A stretch of DNA of 63,623 nucleotides, counting the filler, from Octopus bimaculoides (Eukaryota): NCBI RefSeq assembly GCF_001194135.2. It is 5 parts of 5 records of this genome, joined end to end, with 100 filler letters (N's around TTAATTAATTAA, not from the genome) between each part and the next. Parts side by side here need not be neighbours in the genome. Positions count along the whole stretch, not along the records: positions 1 to 24,533 come from NC_069000.1; 4 more parts are not named here. One strand, given 5' to 3'. Of this stretch, positions 12,960 through 24,410 are shown piece by piece. Made by a program: the position numbers and the translations under genes. The notes under the pieces are model-generated. The model did not search any database. It was not told where the DNA came from and saw nothing but the letters and a program-made list of their open reading frames with translations. Each line of letters opens with the position of its first letter. The stretch's first letter is position 1.

Positions 12960-13723
12960 ATAGCTCTCAGAAACAGATTTGTTCTCCACAGCTCCTGGAG
13001 CTGCTTTCAGATATGATCCATCCCATTCTTATAAAAATGATAACTCTGTCCAAATTGGTGTGCTAAACACAAGTTGTCATTTCTGTAGAGCTTTAAAATT
13101 TCCAAATGAAACTAATGGCACGTGCTGCTCAGGTGGTCAGGTACGATTGCCAGCACTACCAGCTCCTCCTCAACCTCTTATGGATCTTCTAGAAGGCACT
13201 TCCGTCCAGTCAAAGGATTTTCTGAACAATATCAGACAATACAACTCTGCATTTCAAATGACATCGTTTACGGCATCTAAGAGGATAGTTAAACATGAAT
13301 TTACGCTGACTTCAAAGTTCAAGAGCAAGTCTATCACCTCATTGTTTCCCTGTTACCCACAAACGAACAACCACAGTCCCTCAAAATTTACTTTGAGTGA
13401 TGTCGAGCAACAAGCCCGAAGGAGATGTCAAAACTTCAGACGATGGGTCGTGTTAGACTGCCGCAAAGGAGAGTATAGCCACTGATAGCTTTATGGTGCG
13501 TTCAAAAAATCCACCCCCCCCAATTTTCCATGACCGGTTAGGGCCTGGAATACTCCAAATGGATGCATAGCATGACGCTTAGTTGAATTAGCCCATCATT
13601 TACTCCACAAATGTTTTGTTGTCAATGCTGCACTTTCACATATGACCTGTTTCAACATAACTGTAATATATATATACAAACTATGCTATTTTAATCCCAA
13701 GCAACGCCGGGTATCTCTGCTAG
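12960..13723 (+). mobile_element. Internally deleted Helitron (RepHel N-terminal fragment plus 3' terminus)
   Basis: CHFCRALKFPNETNGTCCSGGQVRLPALPAPPQPL..LL.G...SKDFLNNIRQYNSAFQMTSF is the RepHel N-terminal signature. Ends with the hairpin cccaagcaacgccggg then CTAG|T at 13720-13724. The 5' boundary is uncertain. Confidence 0.88.
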
Positions 13724-14517
13724 TATTATATATATATTTTAATACACAAGTTTCTTGTGTCTGAAGCCCACTCATAAGTCTTTATAGTTTGCCTGGGGTT
13801 ATAGTGGAAGATACTTGCCCAAGGTGATAAGCAGTGGGATTGAACTCAAGTCCATAGGGTTGGGAAACATGCTTCTTATCACACAGCTATACCTGGGCCT
13901 ATGTATGATAGTTCTTTAAATGTTTGGACATGCGCATATACATATACACACATCTATATTATATGGAAAGCGGACGTTAAACGATGATGATGATGTTGCT
14001 GAACCATCTGCGGAGTCTCAAGGGGCGCTTATCTCCCTTGCAGCTTTAACTCTTTAGCATTCAGATTACTTTGTCAAGTGTAATTTATATTCATTCATAG
14101 TGTTTTGAATTACACATGCATTATCATGTAGCTTAATAATTTCAGTGATGTGATTGTTTATTTTTAGAATGACATTGTGGAATAACAGTTTGAATGTAAA
14201 ACAGGTACAATATTTTGGGCTGGATATGGCCGGTTTAAATGCTGATGGATTAAGTGTTTTAACTCTTATCTCTAGCAATATGGGTGCAGCCACATGTGTG
14301 ATAATTTCACGAGCAGGCTGTTCTGTTGATTGGATCAACTAGAACCCTCATTACAAAAGGACAAGAAAGGAACCAATGGAAAAAAAAATCACAAGATGGG
14401 GACTAGCCCATTCCCTCATCAGTTATTGGTCAAAAACCATCAGAATTTTGTGCCATTATTTATATTATAATATGATATATATTATTTATTATTATATATA
14501 TTATTTATATATTTCAG

Positions 14518-14723
14518 GTCTCTATATGGTGTTTGTCTTCCAAAAAGTGAAGAACCTAAAGGATGAACCTAAGGCAGAGGAGGATGAGGAGGTGGAATCT
14601 GCTGAACAACATGTAGAGCCCCTAGGTGAAAAACGGAGTTTGTCTGACCCTGAGGATGATGAAGATGGGAACAAAGCATCTGATGCCAAAATTATAAGTA
14701 CAGTGGATGATGATGACGAATAA
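14518..14723 (+). CDS. RNMT: RNMT last coding exon with acidic C-terminal tail
   Basis: atttcag acceptor with matching phase. Encodes SLYMVFVFQK (conserved end, cf. S.Y..F.F.K) followed by VKNLKDEPKAEEDEE...TVDDDDE and a TAA stop. Confidence 0.93.
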
Positions 14724-14724
14724 A
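14719..14724 (+). promoter_or_regulatory. AATAAA overlapping the RNMT stop codon (candidate proximal poly(A) signal)
   Basis: Sequence GAA TAA A, with GU/U-rich sequence downstream. Confidence 0.3.
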
Positions 14725-14867
14725 GGGTTGTCGACCCATTAACTTTTGCTGTCATCGTTCAGCCAGTACAATTGGTAGGGCTTTCCGGCCTCCGCTTGTA
14801 CTCCACTTTAAAAATTCTTAACTATTACCACAGGAGCAGCCACTGAGGCTAATAACCATTTTATATA

Positions 14868-15180
14868 TATATATATGTATACACACATATATATATATGT
14901 ATACATACATACACATGATATATAAATGTATACATACACACATATGTATATATGCATACACATATATATAATATATGTATATATGCATACACATATATAT
15001 AATATATGTATACATGCATACACACATATATAATATATATATATACATATACATTATAGTATACACACATATATAGTATATATATATATATATAGTATAT
15101 ACACATATATATAGTATATACATTATATATATATATATATAGTATATATACATACTATATATATATATATAATATTATAC
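14868..15180. repeat. Compound (TA)/(TACA) microsatellite
   Basis: Directly visible low-complexity tract. Confidence 0.9.
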
Positions 15181-15657
15181 ACACACACACACATCCACAC
15201 ACATACATATACTTCCACACACATACATAGGAAGGTGGCTGCTTTTTTTTTTACCTTCTCTTTCAATCATTAGTTCTTAACATCCTGTTTATTTTTTATA
15301 TTTTTCATTTTTTTTTCTTCTTCTTCCTTCCAACATAGATATATTTGTGTATGCGTGCCGTGTCTGTATGTGCGTGTGTGAGTGAGAGAGAAAGGGAGAC
15401 TGAATGGAGTCGGTTGGTTAAGAGAGATGGTTTACATCACTCATTTTTATTCTCTTCATATTCTGGCTGAAAAGAATTAAAAATAAAAATGGAAAAATAA
15501 AAATGAATCTTTGTTCTGGAGTTATTTAACCTAAATATTGTTCCTTGAAGGTTCGGTGGAGATATTGACAGATATTATTGTCAGGAATGACACTAAAGAG
15601 CAAATCTGTTAATTCAAAAACTTGGGCAATTCGTAGCCTATTTCTGCTAATAATACT

Positions 15658-16293
15658 CCTTACTCTTTTGTTTCAGTCATTTTGACTGCGGCTATGCTGG
15701 AGCACCGCTTTTAGTCGACAAATCGACCCCAGGACTTATTCTTTGGATGCCTAGTACTAATTCTTATTTCTTTATTGCCCACAAGGGGCTAAACACAGAG
15801 GGGACAAACAAGGACAGACAAAGGTATTAAGTCGATTACACCGACTCCAGTGCGTAACTGGTACTTAATTTATCAACCCCGAAAGGATGAAAGGCAAAGT
15901 CGACCTCGGCGGAATTTGAACTCAGAACGTAACGGCAGACGAAATACCGCTAAGCATTTCGTCTGGCGTGCTAACGTTTCTGCCAGCTCACCGCCTTAGT
16001 ACTAATTCTATCGTTTCTTTTTGCCGAAGCGCTAAGTTACGGGGACATAAACACACCACCATCGGTTGTCAAGTGATGTTGGGGGGACAAACACAAACAT
16101 ATACACACATACATATATATACATATATACGACGGGCCTCTTTCAGTTTGCATCTACCAAATCCACTCACAAGGCTTTGGTCGGCCTGAGGCTATAGTAG
16201 AAGACACTTGCCCAAAGTGCCACGCATTGGGACTGAACACTGAACCACGTGGTTGGTAAGCAAGCTACTTATCACACAGCCACTCCTGTGCCT
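15658..16293 (-). mobile_element. SINE family A (tRNA head, CORE-like ccttgggcaagtg block, (TAAAAGAG)n tail), interrupted by a nested SINE
   Basis: Same sequence as the copies at 33638-34036 and 62524-62929. Confidence 0.9.
15765..15996 (-). mobile_element. SINE family C (tRNA head, Nin/Deu-like gcctttcatcctttcggggt block) with 13-bp TSD
   Basis: A/B-box-like head aggcggtgagctggcagaa...gagttcaaattcc. TSD tagtactaattct at 15752-15764 and 15997-16009. Confidence 0.88.
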
Positions 16294-16969
16294 ATATAAT
16301 ATTGATTTTCTATTTTTTTAATAGCGGCAAAAGGCTCCCAAATTTGTGGGATGGGTGTAGGTTATAAACCCTTTCAGATTCATGTTACACATCGCTGGTT
16401 ACAACGTGCTTTTTGCATTGCTCTAGCCCTTGAATGATGCTAACCTGCTGGCTAGGTGAGCAGGCCAACAATTTCCCCTGATCGAAAGGAGGACTGGAGC
16501 AGCGTGAAATGAAGTGTTTTGTTCAAGAACACAAAGCATTGCCCAGTCAGGGAATTGAACCCACGATCGTTAGATTGTGGGTGCAACAACCTAACCACTA
16601 GGCCATACGCCTTCACATATTCAGATTAGTCTGTCAGTGTGTTGCTTGAATTAATCATGCATTATCTTAGGGTTTTGAGATTGTGATGATGTGGTTGTTT
16701 GTTTTCAGAATATCATTGCAGGGTAGGTGTGAGAGGCTGGATCTGTCCTGTTTGAACATAAAACAAACAGGATATTTTGACTGGATGTAGCCTGTTTAAA
16801 TACTAAAGGGTTGAATCAGTTTCATGCTTCACTATTTAACTCTTACTGTTACTTCGAGTTTGCAGGGATAAAAATGTGACAGCAGAGCCTGATTGAGTTG
16901 CTTGTGTTAATCATTTTTATTGTTATTTAATGTCACGTTCTCTTTACAGTCATACAGTTAGTTATTTAC

Positions 16970-16975
16970 AATAAA
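16970..16975 (+). promoter_or_regulatory. Candidate distal RNMT poly(A) signal
   Basis: AATAAA followed by GU-rich gtattctgtgtgattgtatgg. Confidence 0.35.
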
Positions 16976-17374
16976 GTATTCTGTGTGATTGTATGGAGAG
17001 TGAAGTATATGGTTCTAGTTGGAAGCCTCAGGTTTGCTCTCCTGAAATGAAATTGCCTGGTTAAGAGTCCATACAGGTACAGTTAAAATACCGGACACCT
17101 AGTTATGTTATGGTACCAACCAACTTGCTAGAGAAGGTGTTTAAGAAGTCAAATCTGTATAAAACATTCCCACAAACACCGAAAATAAAGATGTCTGACT
17201 TCACACTAGTCTTCAGGTGCTTAGGTGAGCCTCCCTGGTGCACAGTTCCCTAGTTTCTAATCACTGTTGAAAGAAACTGAAAATGATTTGAAACGAAGAC
17301 TCTCCTGGAGAAAAAGTTATGGTTGTGATGTCATAACGACGGTTTCTAAGAATTAAAAATCCATTGTACTAGAC

Positions 17375-17649
17375 CAGTGGTTCCCAAACTTCTTGGGGCT
17401 GCTGCACCTTGACACCCAAGCCACATTCCTAGCGCCCCACCCCAACTAATCAGACCCTTCTGAAGCAAAGTCCAAGCAACTGTATTTAACAAATGAAACT
17501 TAACCCATTATTTTGATGTTTTTTTATTTTTTATGAATCGCTACCCCTATTATCGTCCCAGTTTTTATATGAATTGCTACCCCATTATCACCCCACGTTT
17601 CTTCAATGCCCCCTTTGGAACTTTCCACCGCCCACTTTGGTAACCACTG
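17375..17649. mobile_element. hAT (Charlie-type) MITE
   Basis: TIRs CAGTGGTTCCCAAA / TTTGGTAACCACTG. 8-bp TSD tactagac / cactagac (7/8). Confidence 0.9.
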
Positions 17650-17736
17650 CACTAGACGAATGCTTCTCAATTTTCACCGAGGCGATGACTACTGACCGAG
17701 ACCTTTGGAAATGTGCTGTGCGTGAGAAGACCCGGC

Positions 17737-18135
17737 AAGCCAAGTGAGATCGTTGCCAGTGCCCCTGGACTGGCTCTTGTGCGGGTGGCACATAAGATGT
17801 ACCATCTTGAGCGTGACCGTTGCCAGTACCGCCTGACTGGCCTTTGTAGGGTTTTCGAGCGAGATCGTTGCCAGTGCCCCTGGACTGGCTCTTGTGCGGG
17901 TGGCACATAAAAGACACCATTTCGAGCGTGGCCGTTTTCGTGCGGGTGGACACGTAAAAGCACCCACTACACTCTCTGAGTGGTTGGCGTTAGGAAGGGC
18001 ATCCAGCTGTAGAAACTCTGCCAAATTAGATTGGAGCCTGGTGTTGCCATCCGGTTTCACCAGTCCTCAGTCAAATCGTCCAACCCATGCTAGCATGGAA
18101 TGCGGACGTTAAACGATGATGATGATGATGATGAC
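17737..18135 (+). mobile_element. SINE family B with tandemly repeated 5' modules
   Basis: Repeated gagcgagatcgttgccagtgcccctggactggctcttgtgcgggtggcacataa modules, a conserved core and a (GAT)n tail. Confidence 0.88.
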
Positions 18136-18301
18136 AAGTGTGTATACACACATTGGTTAATACTCATACATATACATGCGCACATACACGTACGGGTGTT
18201 TGTAAATATGCATATCTACCTGTCCATGTATCAATCACTTAACCATTTTCTCTGTCTTAGCATGTCTCTCTGTCTTCCATGGTCTAATGTAAGTCTATGT
18301 A

Positions 18302-18785
18302 TAGTAATCCCTCGACTCTCGCGGATGTTACGCTCCAAAACACCCCGCGATAGATGAAAATCCGCGAAGTGGAAACTACTGTATATTTTTAGGTGCAGAA
18401 CGTTTGGGCGACACTAGAGTTCGAAATAAATTCACAATTTTACACATAAATGCAAAACAACACCCTACACTCGCCTCCTGAGTTTCGTTGTCCATACAGC
18501 ATGTGCAATTCTTTGTTTACTCATCTATAGTACACTACGTATTTTCTCTTAATATATTTTAATTAATGTGCTATACAGTGCAGTACTGTACTCTATTTTT
18601 GTTTATTAATTTTTAGGCGTGAAAATGCTTATTTCACCACAAATTAAAATATAAATACCTAACGGCTGCAGAGACCTGCGATATACTGAGGAGTCCGCGA
18701 TATAAAATTTACATATATTAGCCAGAAAAATTCGCGATGTACTGAAGGTGCGATAGGTGAACCGAAATATGGCGAGCGATTACTG
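18302..18785. mobile_element. Tigger/pogo-type MITE
   Basis: Ends (c>t)agtaatccctcgac..cgcgg and atatggcgagcgattactg|TA are imperfect TIRs with TA flanks. Confidence 0.75.
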
Positions 18786-18959
18786 TATACAGCAACGATG
18801 CAGAGCTGTATGTGTAGGTATATGTTAGGTATACACATACGAATAATGCTTAAATATATTACTCTCATTCAAAAGCCTTCATTAATGTACACATCAGTGC
18901 GCGTGACCCGGTTATATGAACGCGCAACAAGTAACGTGTAACAATATGACTTGTTTCAT

Positions 18960-19663
18960 GTGTCGGTTTGTTGGCGACTAATCTGGCAAACCTACTGTTG
19001 CTTGATTAAAGATGGGAATTTAGGTGTTGTGATTGCGTCTGAAAATCAGAATTCATCTCCACATCTTAGAACAGGCACTTAGGCTCAATTCAGATGGCTG
19101 TACGAGACTGCTGGCGTGTATGGTCAAACCCTAGAGGGAGAGGTATGCTGCTAGATGGCCATATGTGTGGAAGCAGGATTTAGCTCCTTGTCATACTTTC
19201 GGAAAGAGTCAGAAGTGGTTGTCGGAGTTCCTTCGATTGTAATTTCATGGATTACTATGTGTGGGATGCGGTTGAGAAAGACACCAACCACTCTGCCTGC
19301 AACACCAGAGCTAAAATCAAGGAGGTTTTCGAAGATCTTCACAGGGATACAGTGAAGAATGCATGCGCCAAATTGCGGAGCCGTTTTGAGGTCTTTGTGG
19401 AAGCCGAGGGCTGTTACGTTGAATAAACTATTACCGTCCAGCCATAATCTAGTTGATATCGATTTTTTTAGATACTTCTATTTCTGGATGGGATTCCGTA
19501 GCCGTGTTGAGGTCTTGGTGGAAGCTGAGAGCGATTACTTTGAGTAAACTGTTATCATTCAGTCATAGAATTTTTTCATCTCTTATAATACTTCGGTATC
19601 TGAACGAGATATTGCGTTTTCTTTTTCTTCTATGCAAATTGTCCAATTTATCCCGAACACCTG
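18960..19663 (+). mobile_element. Decayed DD37D (maT/mori-like) Tc1/mariner remnant
   Basis: Translates to LRLNSDG..RLL..MVKP...RWPYVWKQDLAPCHT.GKSQKWLSE and MDYYVWDAVEKDTN...SRFEVFVEAEG. Ends acacctg|TA. Confidence 0.8.
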
Positions 19664-19809
19664 TATATGGTAGACACAGATTTGACAAACTGCGCCAATA
19701 CCAACCAGAGTGGTGGACACAACAGGATCCAAAGGTGCGGCCGAAGGCTAGCTGTTATCTACTTCGTCCGTATTTATGTATATATAACAGAGAGAGAAAG
19801 AGAAGTCGC

Positions 19810-20105
19810 CCTTAAGGTGTACGCTACAAACCTATACTATCGACCCCTAAACACTGCTGTCGTACTGGGACACATGAGGTCAGTTACCCAGTTTCCTGGT
19901 GTATAAGTGACTAAGATCACAACATTTCTCCTGAACAGGACGCCAATCCGTTGCAGAATTATTCATTTACAGCTGAGGAGACTGGAAAAATGTGCAATGA
20001 AGTGTTTTTGTTCAAGAACAAAATGTGTCGCCCGATCCGGCAATCGAAACTACATACTTGCGATCGTGAGTGCAACACACTAACCTCCAGACCACGAACC
20101 TTCAC
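19810..20105 (-). mobile_element. SINE family D (tRNA head, gtgttcttga.caa.acact block)
   Basis: Related to copies at 16385-16612, 32793-33135, 40515-40805 and a fragment at 60780-60900. Confidence 0.6.
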
Positions 20106-20629
20106 TGACCTTATGCCAGTAAGAGGAAGTTTGAAGGAGATTTAATGTCTGTTTCTAGCAAATCGCATAACTACTTAGTGGGTGCCTGGTTGGCCCGGTT
20201 AACCGTGGTCAATCTTCATTGTAGAAATAGCATCCAAATCTCTTTTAAATAACACTCTATTGTCTTTAAAAAATAGAATGATACACTAGGGAGAAAATGG
20301 TAATGCTCCTACAAGAGCATCTTTCGTCATGGATCAAGTCATTTAGACCCGACCGCAACAAAAACAGCGTTAAAAATGAAAGCAGCATGCACTCGGTCGA
20401 ATTTTAAAGGGAGTTAATTGCAAATAGCAAATTGGTGTAATGGTTATCTCCCTTCGACCATAAATCAGTAATTGGAATTTTTTTTGCAAGCAGAATCGTG
20501 AGGGTCGGACAAAACGTCGATATGCACGCACGTCGTATATAGGCCTTTACAGTTATGTGATATCTGTCTGTCTGTCTGTCTGCCTACCTGCCTGTCTGTC
20601 TGTCTGCCTACCTGCCTGCAGACGTCAGG

Positions 20630-21075
20630 AAAGTCAGAAAAAGTGTTCTTGACAGACTGTCACGAATTCCATAACAAGAGTTCAAATACGAACCTGACGA
20701 AGGAGTTACCTTTGAAGCATAACTACAGAAGATATGAGTAAATCGTCGATATAGAATGTAAAAAAGATTGGGACGACGTGATGAAAACGCGCTTAATCTT
20801 GAGAAAACTGGCGGCAACAGAATATGAACGATACAGTAATTATGTACTCCCCCCAAAAAACCTGGGACATAAACTTTAATGACACAATTGATATATCGTG
20901 TAAAATTTTCAGTGAAAAAAGCTCATTGTTCAACATACGTTGAAAGTATCTGACAGAGAAAAACAACGAGGACTACATCATATATGCTGGTAGAGTAAGC
21001 AAAGAACGCGAGAAGTTTAAGCTGGACGAATTAACGCCAGATATGTTCAAATGCCTGATTTTTACACAGGGACCA
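20630..21075 (+). mobile_element. Ty3/Gypsy LTR-retrotransposon gag remnant
   Basis: FKYEPDEGVTFEA..YRRYE..DWDDVMKTRLILRKL..EYERYSNYVLPQ....FNDTI....IFSEKSSLFNIR...EKFKLDELTPDMFKCLIFTQG, with in-frame stops. Matches the recalled Mag/CsRn1-type gag pattern. Confidence 0.72.
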
Positions 21076-22847
21076 GTTAATTTGTTTTTTATTTTACAAA
21101 AGATGCTTGTTGTCGGAGCTGTTTTGCCGTAAAGGTATTTAAGTTGGGATGAGCTTCGTCCCAGTATTGTTTTAACCGCTTCATGTATCCGATTGAAGGA
21201 TCACCTCGGGCTTTTTCATAGCACCGAAGTATAAATCTTGGTTCAGTTGTTGAGTCCAAGTAAAATGAAAAGAGTTCTTACGTCTTCTTAAATGACTTAC
21301 TGGTGAAGTAGTTCTGTTTCCATCGGTGGCGACGTTGTGAGTTTCATCTGTGGCGGTGATAGTTTCAGCCATAATCGTGTTAGCGAGATTCCATGTGGTG
21401 TCGATATATATTGTAAAATCTGTTCAGGATAGCGCTACGATGGCGAGTAAAAAGTGTTGGGATCTAGTTCAAAACGGGGGCGTCAGTATTTTCTTAACGA
21501 NNNNNNNNNNNNNNNNNNNNNNNNNNNNNNNNNNNNNNNNNNNNNNNNNNNNNNNNNNNNNNNNNNNNNNNNNNNNNNNNNNNNNNNNNNNNNNNNNAGT
21601 AAGTGCTGACTACGTAAACAAACGATTCTCAAACGATTCTGGCGGTGATAAAATTATTATTTCCTTGTCAAAAAATGGCTGAAGCATATTGGCAGTAGCT
21701 AATAAACCTTTCTATTATAGGCACAAGGCCTGGTTTTTGAGGGAAGGGTTAGGGTTAGGGCAAATCTTGTACACATACAGTTCAGGCAGATGTTAACGAA
21801 ATTATATTAAAATAAAACGAAGGAAAACGAACACACGTGTGTTGCCTCTCTGCAAAATGTCAGAAGTAATGGAGATTAAATACGCTTTACACCGCTTAAA
21901 CTGCCAAAGGAGTAACTGTAAACAGCTGAATACTTGTCAGTGATTGGTTGAAATTATCGAAATAAAACAATTTTTTACATGAAATAACTTCGAATACAAA
22001 ATTTTTTTTCTGTTCTATTACACAAAATAGATAAGTATACGAAGTTTGAAAGTCTTTCGGTACCAAAAACACTACATAAAACATAAATGAAAACTGGTGC
22101 CCCCGTTTTGAACTAGATCCAAGTGTTGCTCCCATTAATTATTAATAAACCAGTTGCCGATTTAGGCTGGAGAAGTCGGCATATTTCTAGAGGAAGGCGT
22201 TCAAAATAGCGCCATGTTTGTATGTATGTATGTATGTATGTATGTATGTATGTGTGCATGCATGTATGCAATGTCGGATTTAGGACAAATGAAGCCCTGT
22301 GCTAATTACGTTATTAGGCCCCTTACTTGGATAGGGCCTCGTTGACCAGGGACCCTGTAAGGCGCCCCTGGTCAACGGGGCCCTGTGCTTAAGTACTCCT
22401 AAGTACAATGGTAAATCTAGTACTGTATGTATGTATGTATGTATGTACGTACGTACGTTTGTGTGCAGTGCAGGATTTAGGGCAATTGAGGCCTGTGCTA
22501 ATTAAGTTATGAGGTCCTTTACTTGGACAGGGGCCCTGTACTTAAGTACACCTAAGCACAATGGTAAATCTGGCACTATGTATGTATGTATGTGTGAGCG
22601 TGTAAGCATGCATCACAGTAAAAGTATAACAATGACGACTATAAATAAAACAAAAACCAGCGGGATCGTCAATAGGTACCTTCATCAGTGGCTCTCAACT
22701 GAGGTTCCCCACTACACTTGGTGGTTCATATAATTGTTTGTTGTTAAAATTTATCTACAATAAATCAATAAATTGGTTATATTCCTACAACACACAAAAT
22801 ATCTTAACACATTTTTATACAATTCCTAATTTTTTATTCAATTCCAT

Positions 22848-23211
22848 AGGTGCAAGCGTGGCTGTGTGGTAAGAAGCTTGCTTCCCAACCATATGGTTCT
22901 GGGCTCAGTCCCACTGTGTGGCACCTTGGGCAAGTGTGGTTTACTATAACCTCGGGCCGACCAAAGCCTTGTGAGTAGATTTGGTAGACGGAAATTGAAA
23001 GAAGCCCGTCGTTTGTTCCTCCACTATCACTAGACAACCTATGTAGGTGTGTTCACATCCCCGTAACTTAGCGGTTCGGCTAAAGAGACTGATAGAATAA
23101 TTATTAGGCTGACAAAGAATAAGTTCTGGGGTCGATTTCTTCAACTAAAACCCCTTTAGGGCGGTGCTCAGGCATGGCCGCAGTCAAATGACTGAAAACA
23201 AGTAAAAGAAT
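22848..23211 (+). mobile_element. SINE family A
   Basis: tggctgtgtggtaag A-box-like and gggctcagtccc B-box-like head, plus the family core and tail. Confidence 0.88.
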
Positions 23212-23283
23212 TACGGAGATGTACTTGCAAAGCAAGTGACCTGATCTGAGATCGTGTGCTAAAACAAAAACAATTGCAAAGTA

Positions 23284-23459
23284 GAAGGTGTTTATAAGCC
23301 ATTTAAAAAACACACAAAAACCGTTAGATTCACTTCAACATTTAAATTTAATTTGTCAAAATAATTTCGTCGCTTTGAAACCGCGACCAGTTCACCGACA
23401 AATTTCCGTGGTACAGCACGTGGTTTTTGTGTGTTTTTAAATTGCTTATAAACACCTTC
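23284..23459. mobile_element. MITE-like element with ~39-bp terminal inverted repeats
   Basis: gaaggtgtttataagccatttaaaaaacacacaaaaacc versus ggtttttgtgtgtttttaaattgcttataaacaccttc. Confidence 0.75.
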
Positions 23460-23905
23460 CAAGTGAAAGAATATTTAATTATAAAAGGTTACTGTTTCGG
23501 TTGAGTAAAATGCCATGNNNNNNNNNNNNNNNNNNNNNNNNNNNNNNNNNNNNNNNNNNNNNNNNNNNNNNNNNNNNNNNNNNNNNNNNNNNNNNNNNNN
23601 NNNNNNNNNNNNNNNNNNNNNNNNNNNNNNNNNNNNNNNNNNNNNNNNNNNNNNNNNNNNNNNNNNNNNNNNNNNNNNNNNNNNNNNNNNNNNNNNNNNN
23701 NNNNNNNNNNNNNNNNNNNNNNNNNNNNNNNNNNNNNNNNNNNNNNNNNNNNNNNNNNNNNNNNTAATCCTTTCGGGGTCGATAAAATAAGTACCAGTTG
23801 AACACTGTGGTCGATGTCATCGACTTACCTCTTCTCCCGAAATCACCATCATTGTGCCAAAATTTGAAACCAATATTTAATTATAAGCATATGATATGAA
23901 TTTTT

Positions 23906-23985
23906 GGAGACAAATGGCCTAGCGGTTAGAGCAGCGGACTCGCGGTCGAAGGCTTGAGGGTTTGAATCTCAGACCGGGCGATGTG
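23906..23985 (+). mobile_element. tRNA(Arg)-like SINE head fragment
   Basis: tggcctagcggttagagc (A box), ggactcgcggtc (TCG loop) and gggtttgaatctc (degenerate B box). No acceptor stem. Confidence 0.6.
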
Positions 23986-23987
23986 AT

Positions 23988-24410
23988 CTATTTTACTTGT
24001 TTCAGTCATTTGACTGCGGCCATGCTGGAGCATCGCCTTTAGTCGAGCAAATCGACCCCAGGACTTATTCTTCGGAAGCCTATTACTTATTCTATCGGTC
24101 TGTTTTGCCAAACCACTAAGTTACGGGGATGTAAACACACCAGCATCGGTTGTCAAGCGATGTTGCGGGGACAAACATAGACACACAAACATACATATAT
24201 ATACATATANNNNNNNNNNNNNNNNNNNNNNNNNNNNNNNNNNNNNNNNNNNNNNNNNNNNNNNNNNNNNNNNNNNNNCCAAATTCACTCACAAGGCTTT
24301 GGCCGGCCCAAGACTATAGTAAAAGACACTTGCCCAAGGTGCCACGCAGTGGGACTGAACCCGGAACCATGTGGTTGTTAAGCAAGCTACTTACCACACA
24401 GCCACTCCTG
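23988..24410 (-). mobile_element. SINE family A (spans an N gap)
   Basis: Family tail, core and head all present. Confidence 0.88.

Noticed and set aside
14808-15153. ORFs rich in Y/I/C/V, and poly-N, poly-I, poly-L, poly-SL or poly-ER ORFs elsewhere
   Set aside because: They are translations of microsatellites.
20695-20740. CTGACGA...GAAG hammerhead-like motif
   Set aside because: It lies in frame within the Gypsy gag remnant (EPDEGVTF) and lacks GAAA; coincidental.
22650-22695. Minus-strand CTGATGAAGG
   Set aside because: No downstream GAAA or stem II partner.
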